A stretch of 64,000 nucleotides of DNA from Acidobacteriota bacterium (GCA_965263035.1 OZ253580.1:4608001-4672000); one strand, 5' to 3'; positions 10,576 to 22,315 are shown, counted from the stretch's first letter. Notes: generated by a model not told the origin, from the sequence alone. Translations and numbers: made by a program.

Positions 10576-11188
10576 CTCTTCTCCAAGGCCACCGTGCCCT
10601 GATCGCTCCGGCTCGCCACCCGCAGGCTCGGGTCCCGGCGCAGGCGGTCGGCATCGGACTGGTCCCCTCAGCCCAGCCCCGGCAGCAGGAGTCGAGTCCG
10701 CAACACATCTGGAAGCGTATAGCGCACCCCGTCAGGGTTTCGCGGATCGTGTAGACGCTCGGTCAACCAGTCGATGAGGCCACTTCGATCCAGCATCTCC
10801 CATTGCACCAATGTTCCCGCCTCGGCACTGAGTAGCTCGGACCGCATCTCGATTCTGAGGGACCGGTTGAATGAGGGCCGGATCTGGGGTAAGGTTTCAA
10901 GCATGGCGTGCTCCATTGTTTGTGTTTGTTTATGTGACACTGGAATTATAACATAAATGACGGAGACGCTGCTTCTTTTTCCTTCTCTTGAAGGACGAGA
11001 AAACCGATGGAAATGCTCGGCTTAATGACCCCCTTAACCCAATGATCAGGCGGAAGTCGAAGACAAAGATAGCGTTTTACCAGCGGGGGGACTTGGCCTT
11101 TTTCGGTGGTTGTCTGGTAACATTCTGATTCGACTCGACATGACGGGCATGTTTGCCCATTTTTTAATTACGTGATGAATAATCTGGG
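10576..11188 (-). mobile_element. IS1380-family 5' fragment (diverged paralog) with left TIR; transposase pseudogene
   Basis: MLETLPQIRPSFNRSLRIE... parallels the 22781 transposase and has an internal stop; the TIR is at 11176-11188. Confidence 0.85.
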
Positions 11189-11450
11189 GATCTTCAGCTC
11201 CCGTTAGGTTTCCACAGCCAGTACAGGACATTGTTATCCGCGCCCGTACTCCGTGAGTCCCGATTCCTCGTGGTTCCGATGAACGTGCGGTTGAGCAGAG
11301 TGCCAGAATGGGCGGACTCACACGAAGTGTTTCGGAAAGGAAGTCCCGCAACGGCTCTGCGATTGCTAAGTGCAGGAATCCTGCGAAGACGTTTGTCTTG
11401 CCTGGCAGAGGAGGTTCCTTTGAGACATTGCAATAGACGACAGTTGAAAT

Positions 11451-13004
11451 ATGGGCAATGAGCAAGGTTTCTCTATCGTCGCACTCGACAACTTCATACG
11501 CGCGACACGCGACTCGGGCTACAAGGGTACGGCGAGCGCCGTGGCCGAACTAATAGACAACTCGCTGCAAGCGAGAGCTACCGAGATTTCGGTCAACGTG
11601 AAGGTAGACGTAGAACAGCGCGAATACCCGCTCGTGCTAACCGTACTCGATAACGGTACGGGGATGGGCGCGACGACACTCCGCACAGCATTACGTTTCG
11701 GCGGAAGCACACGGTTCGATGATCGCCTTGGCTTAGGCCGCTACGGAATGGGGTTGCCCAATAGTTCACTTAGCCAAGCCAAACGGGTCAACGTTCATTC
11801 CTGGGGATCGAGCCGTGGAGATGTATTACATTCGTATCTGGACGTCGACGAGATCGCCTCTGGCGCAATGACCGAGGTTCCAGAACCTCAAAGGGTACTG
11901 CGGCCGTCCTTTTTGAACGGACACGTCACCGGAACTGCTGTCACCTGGACTCGTTGTGACCGCTTGGACAACAGGCGGGTATCGACACTCACGAGGAAGC
12001 TTTTGTTCTCGCTTGGTCGCCAGTTTCGCTTTTTCCTGTGGGATGGCGTCTCGATCCAAGTTAATGGCGATGCAGTCGAACCGATCGACCCGCTGTTTCT
12101 GCATCCTCATTCGTGCTTCAGCGGAGCGGCTCAGTTCGGCAAGGATCTAGTGTACAGGATCGCGGCGGATCGCAATGACAGGCGCCGGACTGGCACCGTC
12201 CGGATCCGCTTTTCGGAACTTCCTGTCGGCGAGTGGTCAAAGCTGAGCAATAAGGAAAAGCGTGTCAGGCGTATTACAAAGGGTGCAGGTGTCTCGGTGG
12301 TTCGTGGCGGCCGAGAGGTGGACTATGGCTGGTTCTTTCTTCGTAGGAAGCGCCGGGAGAACTACGACGACTGGTGGCGTTGCGAGATACAGTTCGACCC
12401 GGTACTTGACGAGGCGTTCGGAATCACCCATACAAAGCAACAGATCCGACCCAGGCCACATCTGCGAGAGGCTTTGACTTCTGATATCGAGTCGGTGGCA
12501 CGAGTCCTAAACACGCGCGCTCGCAAGGCTCATCAGACCGTGAAAGTCGCCGAACGCTTCAGCGCGTCAGAGGAACGAGCCGCCCGAAAAGATGCCATGC
12601 TGACGCCTCTGCCTCGACATCGCCGTCCTCGGGACGAGCAGGTGCTCGCTGCCTTGGGGCTCACGATAGATCCACCACTGACAGAAGCCGGCTCGAACAA
12701 ACCGTCCACCGAATACAGAATTCTGTCTTCAGCACTCAGCGAGACGTCGTTCTTCAACTACGCGCGCGATGACGGACGGCTCGTGCTCATCGTCAATCCC
12801 GAACACCCTTTTTTCAAGGTTGTATACGGCAAGCTTCTCGATTCCGATTCTCCTCACGACATCGCGCTTCGATCACAGATTGATTTGCTGCTCCTCGCGG
12901 CAGCGCGTAATGAGGCCCTGCTGGACGACCAGCGGTCAATCGACGTAGCGGAATCTATGCGTAAAGGGTGGAGTGACACCTTGGCGACGTACCTGAGCGG
13001 GTGA
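11451..13004 (+). CDS. Prokaryotic MORC-like GHKL ATPase
   Basis: Bergerat-fold motifs ELIDNS, DNGTGM, GRYGMG and GTAV; later FGITHTKQ and VNPEHPFF. Confidence 0.85.
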   Translation: MGNEQGFSIVALDNFIRATRDSGYKGTASAVAELIDNSLQARATEISVNVKVDVEQREYPLVLTVLDNGTGMGATTLRTALRFGGSTRFDDRLGLGRYGMGLPNSSLSQAKRVNVHSWGSSRGDVLHSYLDVDEIASGAMTEVPEPQRVLRPSFLNGHVTGTAVTWTRCDRLDNRRVSTLTRKLLFSLGRQFRFFLWDGVSIQVNGDAVEPIDPLFLHPHSCFSGAAQFGKDLVYRIAADRNDRRRTGTVRIRFSELPVGEWSKLSNKEKRVRRITKGAGVSVVRGGREVDYGWFFLRRKRRENYDDWWRCEIQFDPVLDEAFGITHTKQQIRPRPHLREALTSDIESVARVLNTRARKAHQTVKVAERFSASEERAARKDAMLTPLPRHRRPRDEQVLAALGLTIDPPLTEAGSNKPSTEYRILSSALSETSFFNYARDDGRLVLIVNPEHPFFKVVYGKLLDSDSPHDIALRSQIDLLLLAAARNEALLDDQRSIDVAESMRKGWSDTLATYLSG

Positions 13005-13007
13005 GTT

Positions 13008-15041
13008 GTGGATCTCTCGACACATAACGATTGGTTACCTCTGTCTCCATTGCTTGGCAAGTCTAATTCTGCCCATGCCATCTTCCGGGAATATGCTAGG
13101 CGACTATCAGATGCCATTGAGGATGACACCGGCATTAAGTCCCAGCGTTCGCTGGGCGAATCCGTTGCCATGGCACCTAGCGGGCAGATTCACCAGGCCC
13201 TTCGTGCGGCGCTCGGTGTGTTGATGGACCTTGCCCGGCAACGCTGGTCAATCCGCGTCACTGGCGAAGGCTTTGTCGAGGTCAAGCGTCCCGAGGGGGA
13301 GAGGATCGATTCCCTCCGGGAAAAGGCCAGAATTCGGCAGCAAGAACTTGTCAAACGTGACGAACAGCTCCGGGAACCGGCGACTCGGAGGTTCGTCCGC
13401 AGGATGGAGAGTAGTGTTATCTACGAAAACCAGCCGGTCTCGGTGTTTTCGTTGTTTCGAGATGGTCCCGAACTCGCCCACTCGTTGAGAAGTGCCCGCA
13501 CGCTGCCACCACACCGACGAGATGAAGGTCTTCGTGCGGCGCTGGATCCATACCTCCAGTTCGTCGACGACTCCGCTGCATGTGAACATACGGGCCTCCG
13601 CCTTCAGGACATCTGGCGGTATTTCCGTCATACTTGGTCCAACCAGTACACAAGCACCCCGGGACGCCGGATGGCATTTCTGGTCCGCGATCGTGCTCGC
13701 ACGTTTCACCCCGTCATGGGAATCGGTGCCATCGGCAGCCCGATCGTACAGATCCGGGAGCGCGACGTATGGATCGGTTGGGATGCTGGGACCTTTCTAG
13801 AATCTGTCGCGGAGGCGCCTTCTACCGAACTTGTGCCATGGCTTAGAAGAATCGTGGATCGTGCGATCAACGAACTCTTCATTGAAGACTTTCTGGAAGA
13901 GCAACTCCTCGACCGACGGGATCTCAAGGAGCCGTCGTTGGAGATAATCGCCCGCTTGAAGACCCATGGCACGAGGCAGCGGGCGCTGCATCACCGGTTC
14001 GTAAGCTCGCAGGAACATAAGTCTTGGCCGGAGGGTAACGAGAGAGCATGGAGGCAGCGAGCCCTGACACATCTTTACCGTAGCAAGCGCGCACTGTCCC
14101 TCTCCCAGCTACTACGTGCTCGCCGGACGTTGCGCGAATTCTTCGGAAAGCGACCTATTAGCACGTCCGTCCGTGCGTTCATTAGAAACCGCGAAGGACG
14201 TCGGACTGTGAGATCCATCCTGCGGAAGGCCAAAGCAGACCGCGTCGGCATCGCCATTGCCGACATTACCGTGTGCGGCGCTATAGAACCGTACAGCCAG
14301 ATTCTCGTCGGCAAGCTCGTTTCGATGCTGGCCGCGAGTCCAGAGGTGATACTCGCCTACCGTAACAAGTACTTGGAGCAAGAAAGCGAGATCGCATCGT
14401 CGATGGCCGGACGTCCTGTTATCCGGCCTTCGCATCTAGTTTTTTTGGGAACGACCTCGCTCTACGGTGTGGGCTCGAGCCAGTACAACAGGCTTAAGAT
14501 GCCAGCCGAACTCTTGGGTGGGCTTCCGGGCGAGCACCTCGAGTACCAGCACCTCGGCAAGTCGAAATCCTACGGCACGTCGCACTTCAGCACCCACACA
14601 GTCGATGCACTCGTCACGTTGGTTGAGCAGACCAGTAATGGCCAGCGCGTGAACAGCATCTTCGGCGAAGGGGTGAGCCCAAAGCTGCGAAAGGTTCGCG
14701 ACGGATTGGGCGTACTCGGACTTCGAGCCAGCGAACTACTTCAGCACGGCAGACAGAGGATCGTCTACGGAGTACGTCTCGTGCGGAACGTTCGGGAGTT
14801 TCTCCTGGGCTTAAATGAGGAACCCAACTACTTGTTTGACTTGACGGACCCCAAAAAAGGGACTGCTGTCATCATGGACTGGTGGACGAGACGGTGGCTA
14901 TCGAAACGTGTCATGAACGACGAAATTCTGGCACGCCTTGATGAGCATTCCCTCGTCCGACCCATTCGCCACGGCGCTCGCGTTCCCCTTCCACGAACCA
15001 GCCCCGAGCAGGGATCGTTCTTCGAGGATATTGAAGGCTAA
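13008..15041 (+). CDS. druA: DUF4338 protein, DruA-like
   Basis: WS...PGRRMAFLVRD, RDVWIGW, GAIEPY..LVGKLVSML..SPEV, TTSLYG..SSQYNRL and GTSHF match the DUF4338/DruA pattern as I recall it. Confidence 0.7.
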   Translation: MDLSTHNDWLPLSPLLGKSNSAHAIFREYARRLSDAIEDDTGIKSQRSLGESVAMAPSGQIHQALRAALGVLMDLARQRWSIRVTGEGFVEVKRPEGERIDSLREKARIRQQELVKRDEQLREPATRRFVRRMESSVIYENQPVSVFSLFRDGPELAHSLRSARTLPPHRRDEGLRAALDPYLQFVDDSAACEHTGLRLQDIWRYFRHTWSNQYTSTPGRRMAFLVRDRARTFHPVMGIGAIGSPIVQIRERDVWIGWDAGTFLESVAEAPSTELVPWLRRIVDRAINELFIEDFLEEQLLDRRDLKEPSLEIIARLKTHGTRQRALHHRFVSSQEHKSWPEGNERAWRQRALTHLYRSKRALSLSQLLRARRTLREFFGKRPISTSVRAFIRNREGRRTVRSILRKAKADRVGIAIADITVCGAIEPYSQILVGKLVSMLAASPEVILAYRNKYLEQESEIASSMAGRPVIRPSHLVFLGTTSLYGVGSSQYNRLKMPAELLGGLPGEHLEYQHLGKSKSYGTSHFSTHTVDALVTLVEQTSNGQRVNSIFGEGVSPKLRKVRDGLGVLGLRASELLQHGRQRIVYGVRLVRNVREFLLGLNEEPNYLFDLTDPKKGTAVIMDWWTRRWLSKRVMNDEILARLDEHSLVRPIRHGARVPLPRTSPEQGSFFEDIEG

Positions 15042-15188
15042 AGGGTTGCTGGTTGTGAACCGAGTCCGTCCATTATGAAAACGTCCTGTAACGGATTTCG
15101 TGGTCACAATAACAGTGAGCCAGACGTCAACCCAGCCGACTAATTGGCAGATTACCGCAACTCCTGCATCTCTCTTTAGCCAGGATCG

Positions 15189-18100
15189 ATGACCATGTCT
15201 TACTCGGTCAGCATACGGGAGGCCGAAAGGAGCCTTGCGAGCCACTTTGCCAAGCTGCGCGACAGTCGCACCGGCCCGATCTTCTTTATCGAGCACGGTC
15301 TTTCCGAGCCAGACTCGCGAAAACTCCGTGACTTTGTCAGCCAGGCGGCGAGGTACCGGCTAATTCAGAGCGGATGGTGGCGTGAGTATCCTCTTCCCCT
15401 TCTCGTGACTGCAACCGAAGTGGGGTACAGATACCGCGGAACAGGTACGGATTTCTGGCCGAAGCTCGAATCGAAACTCAAGATAGACATCGGTGCAGCG
15501 GCACGCCAACAGGTGCGGGAACTCTTCGTAAGCTGCTCGGAATGGTATAGGGGTGCGAAACCGGCGGATACGCCGTGGACAACCAACTTCTGTCTCATCG
15601 CCTGGCCAATTACGCACGCTCTTGTTCCTGTGGAGTTTCATCGTCAGCTTGCGGCGGCTCTCGCGAACCTGCGTTTAAGCGCCTATTCACTTGACAATGA
15701 AGACCTCCACGCTGCGGTTCGGATCGCCGCAGGACAGCCGTCGGCACGCTTTCATACGTTCCTGGAGGACGCCAGCCTAGCCGTCCCAGTCATTCGCGCT
15801 TTGTTAGGCGAAGGGAATGGCGAGATCTCTCCGGGCTCAATCGATCGGATCGCAAAGGATCTGGAGTCGGACTCGGATGCACATCAGAACATCAAGATCG
15901 CGAAACAAGTCCAGCGCCGTCTTCAATCCCGCAAATCACGAGCGAACAAAACTATCGAACTGGTCGAGCCGGAGGCTGTCAAGGGAGTCCTTCAATTGCG
16001 AGTCCGTGAAGGAGACCGGATTGGGGTTGAGGCCCTGTTCCCGCGACGCGAGGGGCCTGAAACCGATCGGCTCCGACGAACACTTCGCAGACGCCGTTTC
16101 GCGCCTAAGCTCTGGGGGCTGACCTCCCAGGTGCCTAGCGAGAGGCTGTTTTCCGGCGTGCCCTTTCCAATAAACTTGCGGTCGTTACCGGACATTGGTG
16201 CACCCTTATTCCCCGGACTGCGCGAACTCGGGATTGAGAACGACCTTGTAATCACTCTAAATTCGTTTCAACTCAACTTCGAGTTGCCCCTACTATTCGC
16301 TGCAAATGGCGAGAGAAACCTAGCCCGCATGGTGCGTGGTTTCGATATTTCGGCGTATCGTGAATACTGGTTATTGGGAAAGCAGGGCACGCTTGAGTCA
16401 TTCACTGGAATTGTGCAGTTCAAGATAAACGAACCGTTCGTCTGCTACAGAGTGAAACCGCTCCAATCGGGTGTCCAAGAGGTGCTTAGGGGATTAGGAT
16501 ACACAGTCCGCCACGGCGTCTCGGTCTCGATCGCGGGTGCCCCTACAATTGACGAGCACGACGGTTTATCCCGCTTCAACGTAGGAGACGAGCGGATTGT
16601 GGTGCCCAGGCGGCGGCACTCGGCCGAGACGTTTGTCGAGTTTGGCGGCAAAACGGTCGAGTTGAACGATGACTTGGTCCGGGTACGCACAGGAGAAGGG
16701 AGACAACACTCTTTCGATCTACAGCCGGGGAACGTTATGGCAGGACCAGTTCGAAGGTGTACCGGCCGCCGCCACAACCGCCAAACATCCGGTTTGTTGG
16801 TTTGAGCTATCTGCAGATGAAATGACAGTGCAGGCACTTCTTGCAGGCAACATTTCTTTCGGTGTCCACGGACCAGCGCCGCTTGAGGGCCTAACAATAA
16901 CGCTGGAACTGGAGGCCGGCGGTCGGCGATCGGGTGTCTCCACCTCACTCGATCCGCTTCCCCATATGTTCCTCGCAGAGGACGAAATTTGGCTCAGCCT
17001 CCTCAACCCAGCAACTCGCGCACGCCTGCTGGAGGATCCGAGTCCGGTTCTGCACGCCCGTGTGGATTCTCTCGCTGCGGAATCGTGGACCCTTGAACAA
17101 CGCATTCGGCCATGTTGGTGGCGGGGCAGTCCATCCTCCCTCGTCCTTGAGAGCGAGCTTGGACCGCTGGACTATGGAGCAATCCCTATTTCAACCCCGG
17201 CTTCGCAACCGGTTCCAGCGGAACACGGTGCGGGATCCGACGCGGTTCTGCTTGCACCGTTAAGACCCGATAAATCGGTCCTCGGACCGGCCGCAAGCTT
17301 CGTTACATTTTGCGTTGCGCCCGAAAGAACCACTCTATCGTTGCCGCGAATAGAGAGCCCGAGGCTATGCCGATCCCGTCGGGGCAGGTCCGGATCTATG
17401 GGGGTAGAAGACCTCGTTGAAGCGTGGTTTCGGTGGTCTCTCGCGGAGGCCGATTCTCTAACTGCTCAAATCCGGAAGGCACAAGCAAGTTCCACACTAG
17501 ACCGTTGGCTCGCGGAACTCTCCTGCGGCGAAGTATGGGCGCGGCGTGAAACTTACATTAATGCTGGATTTCGCGATCCTTGGAAGCTGTTCGCCGACGA
17601 GTGCCGAAAGAGCCGACTTGGACTTGACGATTTCGTCGAACTTGGCGAACGTGACGAAGTCCAGGTCGTTCGATACGCTGAGGCCGAGATTCGGCGCACC
17701 CAACCGCAACTCTGGGTACGAGTTGGCCCGCTCCCACATCTAGATAATGACACGCGCAGATCCTTGCTAGACGACGACGAATACGCAGTCCTTGATGCAG
17801 CGTTTGAAGGAGGCTACCAGAAACTCGCCTCGAGATACCGAAGGGCAGGCAACGTCCGGTTGGCAAGGAAAATCGAACAAGCTGACCCAGGGGCTGGGCC
17901 GGATCAATGGGATCCGGTTCTCGATGCTGTTCGGTCGAAATGGGAACTCCACGAGCTGGCTGAGTTGCTGTACCCGACTGACACCGCACAGTGGCTGACG
18001 ACTCTTGACCTGACGCTGATGGCGCTCAACGATATCGCTGATGAATTACATCGCTGGGCTACCGCATCTCGTAACGCTCTCGCTGCCGATGTCCCGTCCC

Positions 18101-18270
18101 ACCAGGCTCTCATGGCAGTCCTCGCCATCTGGATCGCTCCAAGCACAGCGGTTAGTTTGGACTGGCGTGGTGCGCTCGACACTTTGGTTGCCGATAGATC
18201 GCTTTCCCGCGCAGTTCGATACCTTGCTTTAAGGGCCCGCAGCGCTCGCATTGAATTTGAATCGAAATGA
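15189..18270 (+). CDS. Large unknown protein (~1020 aa if joined); two ORFs overlapping by 137 nt, probable frameshift near 16692-16702
   Basis: ORFs 15189-16805 and 16669-18270. Removing one base in GGAGAAGGGAGAC gives RVRTGEGDNTLSI. The stop is coupled to the SNF2 ATG. Confidence 0.6.
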
Positions 18271-21200
18271 GAAACGCTTACACTGAACTCTGTCTGTCAG
18301 TGCAGGCATTGAGGCGGCAATTCGAAGGATTGCGTACGCCGCTCGCACCCGCGACCGGCGTTGCTGCATTTGTATACACCCACCAAGTAGCGAATGTCTT
18401 TCGCGTGCTGACCGACGTTCGGGTGCGGCACCTCCTGGCCGATGAAGTCGGTCTGGGCAAGACTGTCCAGGCCCTAATGATCCTCAATGCTCTCCGATAC
18501 CAAAGGAAGGATCTTCAGGCTCTCATTATCGTTCCGGATGCGCTCGTGCCCCAATGGCGCGACGAAATCACGATTCGGGCCCACTCCGTTCCAATCGGCG
18601 ATGAAACAGGTGGTGAGGGCCAGCAATACATCCGGTTGGCCTGGGAAGCCCAGTTGAAGAGGTCGGCTACTGGGCGGACTCGCGGCTGGACGCTTGCCGA
18701 CATCGATCCCGACAAATACGATATCCTTGTGGTCGACGAATTCCACCGCCTTCGCACGGACCTTCAGGAGCGCATCGCCCGGGTGGCGGATGGATTCGAA
18801 CATCTGCTGCTACTAACCGCGACTCCTTCATTTCAGGATGTCAAGCGGCATGCCCAACTGTTCACCCTTTTAGAGCCGGAACGCAGTTTTTTGGCCAAAA
18901 GGCGCGATGGGACAGACGGTGGCGTGGTCGAAGGCATTCTCAATCGGGACAGGCGCGAAGCATTGTCATGCACTCCTAAGGACCTAACTGCAGCCGCGCT
19001 GGCTCACTGTGCCTATCGACGCATCATCCGCACCAGACGAGCCGATTACGAGGGGGTACTACCCAAAAGAAAGCATACCCCTCGCAGAACGCGACCGTTA
19101 GGTGCTGAAGAAGAACGTCAGTCGCTGATGTGGAAGTACTTCAGGCGCCTCGACGACGTGCGCCTTGCAGTCGACCCAGTGAGATTGGCCAAACGTGTCG
19201 TCCTAAGTCCACCATCTCTTGAGCAGCGAGTCGACTTCCTACGTCGCAGGGGCCACGAACGAGAGGGCCTACTTGAGCGTGCGAAGCCTCTCGTTCACCG
19301 CACACAGGGCGACTCGCGGGCAGACGCGCTTGTAGATCTACTTGCCGAAATCTGGACCAAAGATGCATCCGAGCATGTCCTCGTGGCCGCGCAGGACAAC
19401 TTGACCGTCGACTATCTGTTTGACATCGTCCGGGCCCGGTTGCCACTCATAGGCCGGATTGGAAGCCGAGTGCCGCTAGTCGCGGCCCGAGTCAGGCAAG
19501 GAATGATGACCGAGGCCGTCGAGGATCTTGCCGGTTTCAAGAACGAAACAAATGAGAACCTCGAAGCGTTCCAGAGAGGGGATGCCCAAGTGCTGTTTGC
19601 TCCAGAAGCAGCACAGGTGGGACTGAACCTCCAGTGCGCACGGATACTGGTGCTCTACAGCGTACCCTGGCGGCCAGAAGAGGTGGACCAGTGGATCGGC
19701 CGGCTGGACAGGATTGGCAATGCCGTTGCCTTTGCGCCGGAAGAAGAGACCAAAACCATCGACATCTACACCATTGCACAAAAGGGGTTGGTCGATGATA
19801 AAGTCGTGACCGTTCTGCAACGGTTCCATGCGTTTGAGCGTAGCGTGAACCTGGATGGGACTCACCTGAAGAAAGTGTCTCAGACGATCGAAACTGCCGC
19901 GCTGAGACCTGAACAAGCGAACTGGAACGCAATTGAGAACGCGACCGAAACGATGGCTTACGAGGACGAGATTAAAGAATTGGATTCGGATCTCTGTCCG
20001 CACCTTCCCTGGAATGTTAAGTGGGCGACGGAAGTACGGAGAAGCCTAGCGAACCTTGAACCAGCTCCGCTGGCACTTGAGTCGTTCCGACGATTTACTG
20101 CCGGGCCGGGTTCGTGGGACCGTGCTTTTGAAGGTATGTTGAAACTCCTCGCTCGATCAAAGGAGTACGCCATATGGCTGAATGAAGACCCGTACGGGGG
20201 GAAGTTCCGATCACTTTGGTACCGGTTCGGACCTCATGGAATATACGGAGTCAGGGAAGTACTCTCCAAGGTTTTGTTCTCTTTCGGACAAGATCCTGGC
20301 AGCGGCCGAAGCCCCAGGCACGCTCACGCATACATCACCCGGCGTGGGGACATCTCATCGCCTCCTAGACGTCACGTGACATTGACCTTCGACGAGCAAG
20401 AGTTTCGTCGCCCTCTCCACTTCGTGAGCTTCGGGAACGCCCTTCACGACGAAATTGTCACCGGCTGGCAGCCGAACTCGGCCGAGACATACTCGGCAGA
20501 CATCTACCTTTCGGGAGACCATCCTTTCTTTGGATACGGAGAGACCGGGATCTACATAGTTCGGCTGTCGGTTCTCGACCCGGCGTCATGTCTACAAGCT
20601 GCGACTGTCGTCGAACGGGCGTTAGGAGCCATTTTCGAGGCATCTGTCCGAGTTTCGTCAAACCATTCGACTACTTTAATGCGTCTCTTCCAACGCGCAG
20701 TGCGATGCGGAATTGAGGCGGATATCCGATGGGTACGGGGAACTCTGACCGCGGAACTGTGCATCCAAGGGCTAAAGGCGACGCAGGGTAGTTGGAAAGT
20801 CGCTACTATTGATGAAGTAACCGCGCTTTTTAATCCGCTCATCCATTCGAGCACTGGAGTGCCGTTGGTTGCCGAATGGACGCCGTCGGAACGGTTAAGA
20901 GATCGTATCAGCGGAATGCTGGAACAGCTACGCCACTTGGACCAAAATACGGCCCAGAATACCTGGGGTTCTCGATTGGCGAATTTAAAATCAGCTCTGG
21001 ACATAAGACGCGAGGTGATCCGCAACGAAGCCCAAGACGCCGTCGAGTTGGCTGAATTCAAATTGGCCAAAACCCGAATCGACCTAGGCACGGCTCTCGC
21101 GCGGGGCATTCAAGGACAGATAACTCGCGCGCGAAACTTGCGTGATATAGCGGCGGACACTGTAGACATGACGAGAGTTCTTTGGGAACAGCGAATTGCT

Positions 21201-21287
21201 TGGCTTGAGGAGTGCTGTGCGGCGGTTCCGACGGCTTTGCCTGAGGAACGGCTTACTGCGGTGCTAAGAGTTAGCCGGCTGAACTAA
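18267..21287 (+). CDS. SNF2/RapA-like SF2 helicase
   Basis: LLADEVGLGKT, VVDEFH, LLLTATP, VGLNLQ and QWIGRLDRIG. Confidence 0.9.
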   Translation: MRNAYTELCLSVQALRRQFEGLRTPLAPATGVAAFVYTHQVANVFRVLTDVRVRHLLADEVGLGKTVQALMILNALRYQRKDLQALIIVPDALVPQWRDEITIRAHSVPIGDETGGEGQQYIRLAWEAQLKRSATGRTRGWTLADIDPDKYDILVVDEFHRLRTDLQERIARVADGFEHLLLLTATPSFQDVKRHAQLFTLLEPERSFLAKRRDGTDGGVVEGILNRDRREALSCTPKDLTAAALAHCAYRRIIRTRRADYEGVLPKRKHTPRRTRPLGAEEERQSLMWKYFRRLDDVRLAVDPVRLAKRVVLSPPSLEQRVDFLRRRGHEREGLLERAKPLVHRTQGDSRADALVDLLAEIWTKDASEHVLVAAQDNLTVDYLFDIVRARLPLIGRIGSRVPLVAARVRQGMMTEAVEDLAGFKNETNENLEAFQRGDAQVLFAPEAAQVGLNLQCARILVLYSVPWRPEEVDQWIGRLDRIGNAVAFAPEEETKTIDIYTIAQKGLVDDKVVTVLQRFHAFERSVNLDGTHLKKVSQTIETAALRPEQANWNAIENATETMAYEDEIKELDSDLCPHLPWNVKWATEVRRSLANLEPAPLALESFRRFTAGPGSWDRAFEGMLKLLARSKEYAIWLNEDPYGGKFRSLWYRFGPHGIYGVREVLSKVLFSFGQDPGSGRSPRHAHAYITRRGDISSPPRRHVTLTFDEQEFRRPLHFVSFGNALHDEIVTGWQPNSAETYSADIYLSGDHPFFGYGETGIYIVRLSVLDPASCLQAATVVERALGAIFEASVRVSSNHSTTLMRLFQRAVRCGIEADIRWVRGTLTAELCIQGLKATQGSWKVATIDEVTALFNPLIHSSTGVPLVAEWTPSERLRDRISGMLEQLRHLDQNTAQNTWGSRLANLKSALDIRREVIRNEAQDAVELAEFKLAKTRIDLGTALARGIQGQITRARNLRDIAADTVDMTRVLWEQRIAWLEECCAAVPTALPEERLTAVLRVSRLN

Positions 21288-21292
21288 GCTAG

Positions 21293-22315
21293 CTAACTGA
21301 GCATGGACCAAGGATCAAGCGCACCATCGTTCACTCTCCAGGACCATCCGGATCGTCGTTGCCCCAACAAGTCCATCACTGCGACGAATTGGTCTGGGGC
21401 AGGGAAAGTCAACTGAACAACACCGTTCCGTCTCTCGACTCTCTCTTCAACTCTGGTTGACTTACCCCGCGCTAGCAGAGCCCAGCACCACTCGTCCGTG
21501 TCATATAGGTCCAGTGCACGAAGATGACCACCGTCAATCGCCACGATAATCGGGTGCCAATGAGCTTGGTTGTATCCGCGTCGATATGCGCACCAGATTC
21601 CATCCACTGCGCCTTCGGTCCAGCGACCCTCGCATGCCTCCGAATTGTGCCTTCCAAAATACTTTCCGGGGTCGTCGCAAACTAACCGGACCTCAGCGTC
21701 GTTTCCCAACGGCAGGCCTTCTTCCTGTACTGCGGAGACGAGTAGTTCCCAGAACTGGGCCAGACTTAGCTCGTCGCTACGGATCAGCCTGGCCTCTCTC
21801 CGCATCGCATGCAGGAGATACTCGTTTGGTCGTAACCACTCTTCAAGCGAAGTCTCGCGAACTCCTGCTAAGTGCAAGTCTGCTTGCTCTTGTTCGTCCC
21901 GAACGAAGATACGCCGCACAATATCCCTTCTCCAGGTATCCGGGAACTGTTCGACTATCCCGTCGGGAACAGGCTCTACGCCGAGCAGGGTGGCAGATTC
22001 GTACCCGCTTCGGATCCATTGCGGCCGTGCCGGGGCGATATATGTCTCGCCGTCAATGTGAACCTCAACGCATTCCTTTAAGCGCACCATCTGTCTCAAG
22101 ACCTTCGCCAGTTTCCCGGACGCTTCGTCCCTGAGGCCAGCGGCCTCCAGTTGGGTTCTGGCATAGCTCAGCACTTTTATCCGTGTACTCAGTCCCCAGC
22201 GAGCCAACGGTAAACGTAACAAATCTGCCAGAGCTCGAATCGAGATCTCACCTGCTTCCGAGATCAGACCAATTTCGCGCGCATAAGATTCGCGCGTGAT
22301 CGACTCCAAAGTCAT
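21293..22315 (-). CDS. Hypothetical protein (340 aa), last gene of the minus-strand helicase operon
   Basis: Long ORF whose ATG overlaps the restored stop of the NERD-helicase gene (22312-22315). Confidence 0.75.
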   Translation of the reverse strand: MTLESITRESYAREIGLISEAGEISIRALADLLRLPLARWGLSTRIKVLSYARTQLEAAGLRDEASGKLAKVLRQMVRLKECVEVHIDGETYIAPARPQWIRSGYESATLLGVEPVPDGIVEQFPDTWRRDIVRRIFVRDEQEQADLHLAGVRETSLEEWLRPNEYLLHAMRREARLIRSDELSLAQFWELLVSAVQEEGLPLGNDAEVRLVCDDPGKYFGRHNSEACEGRWTEGAVDGIWCAYRRGYNQAHWHPIIVAIDGGHLRALDLYDTDEWCWALLARGKSTRVEERVERRNGVVQLTFPAPDQFVAVMDLLGQRRSGWSWRVNDGALDPWSMLS

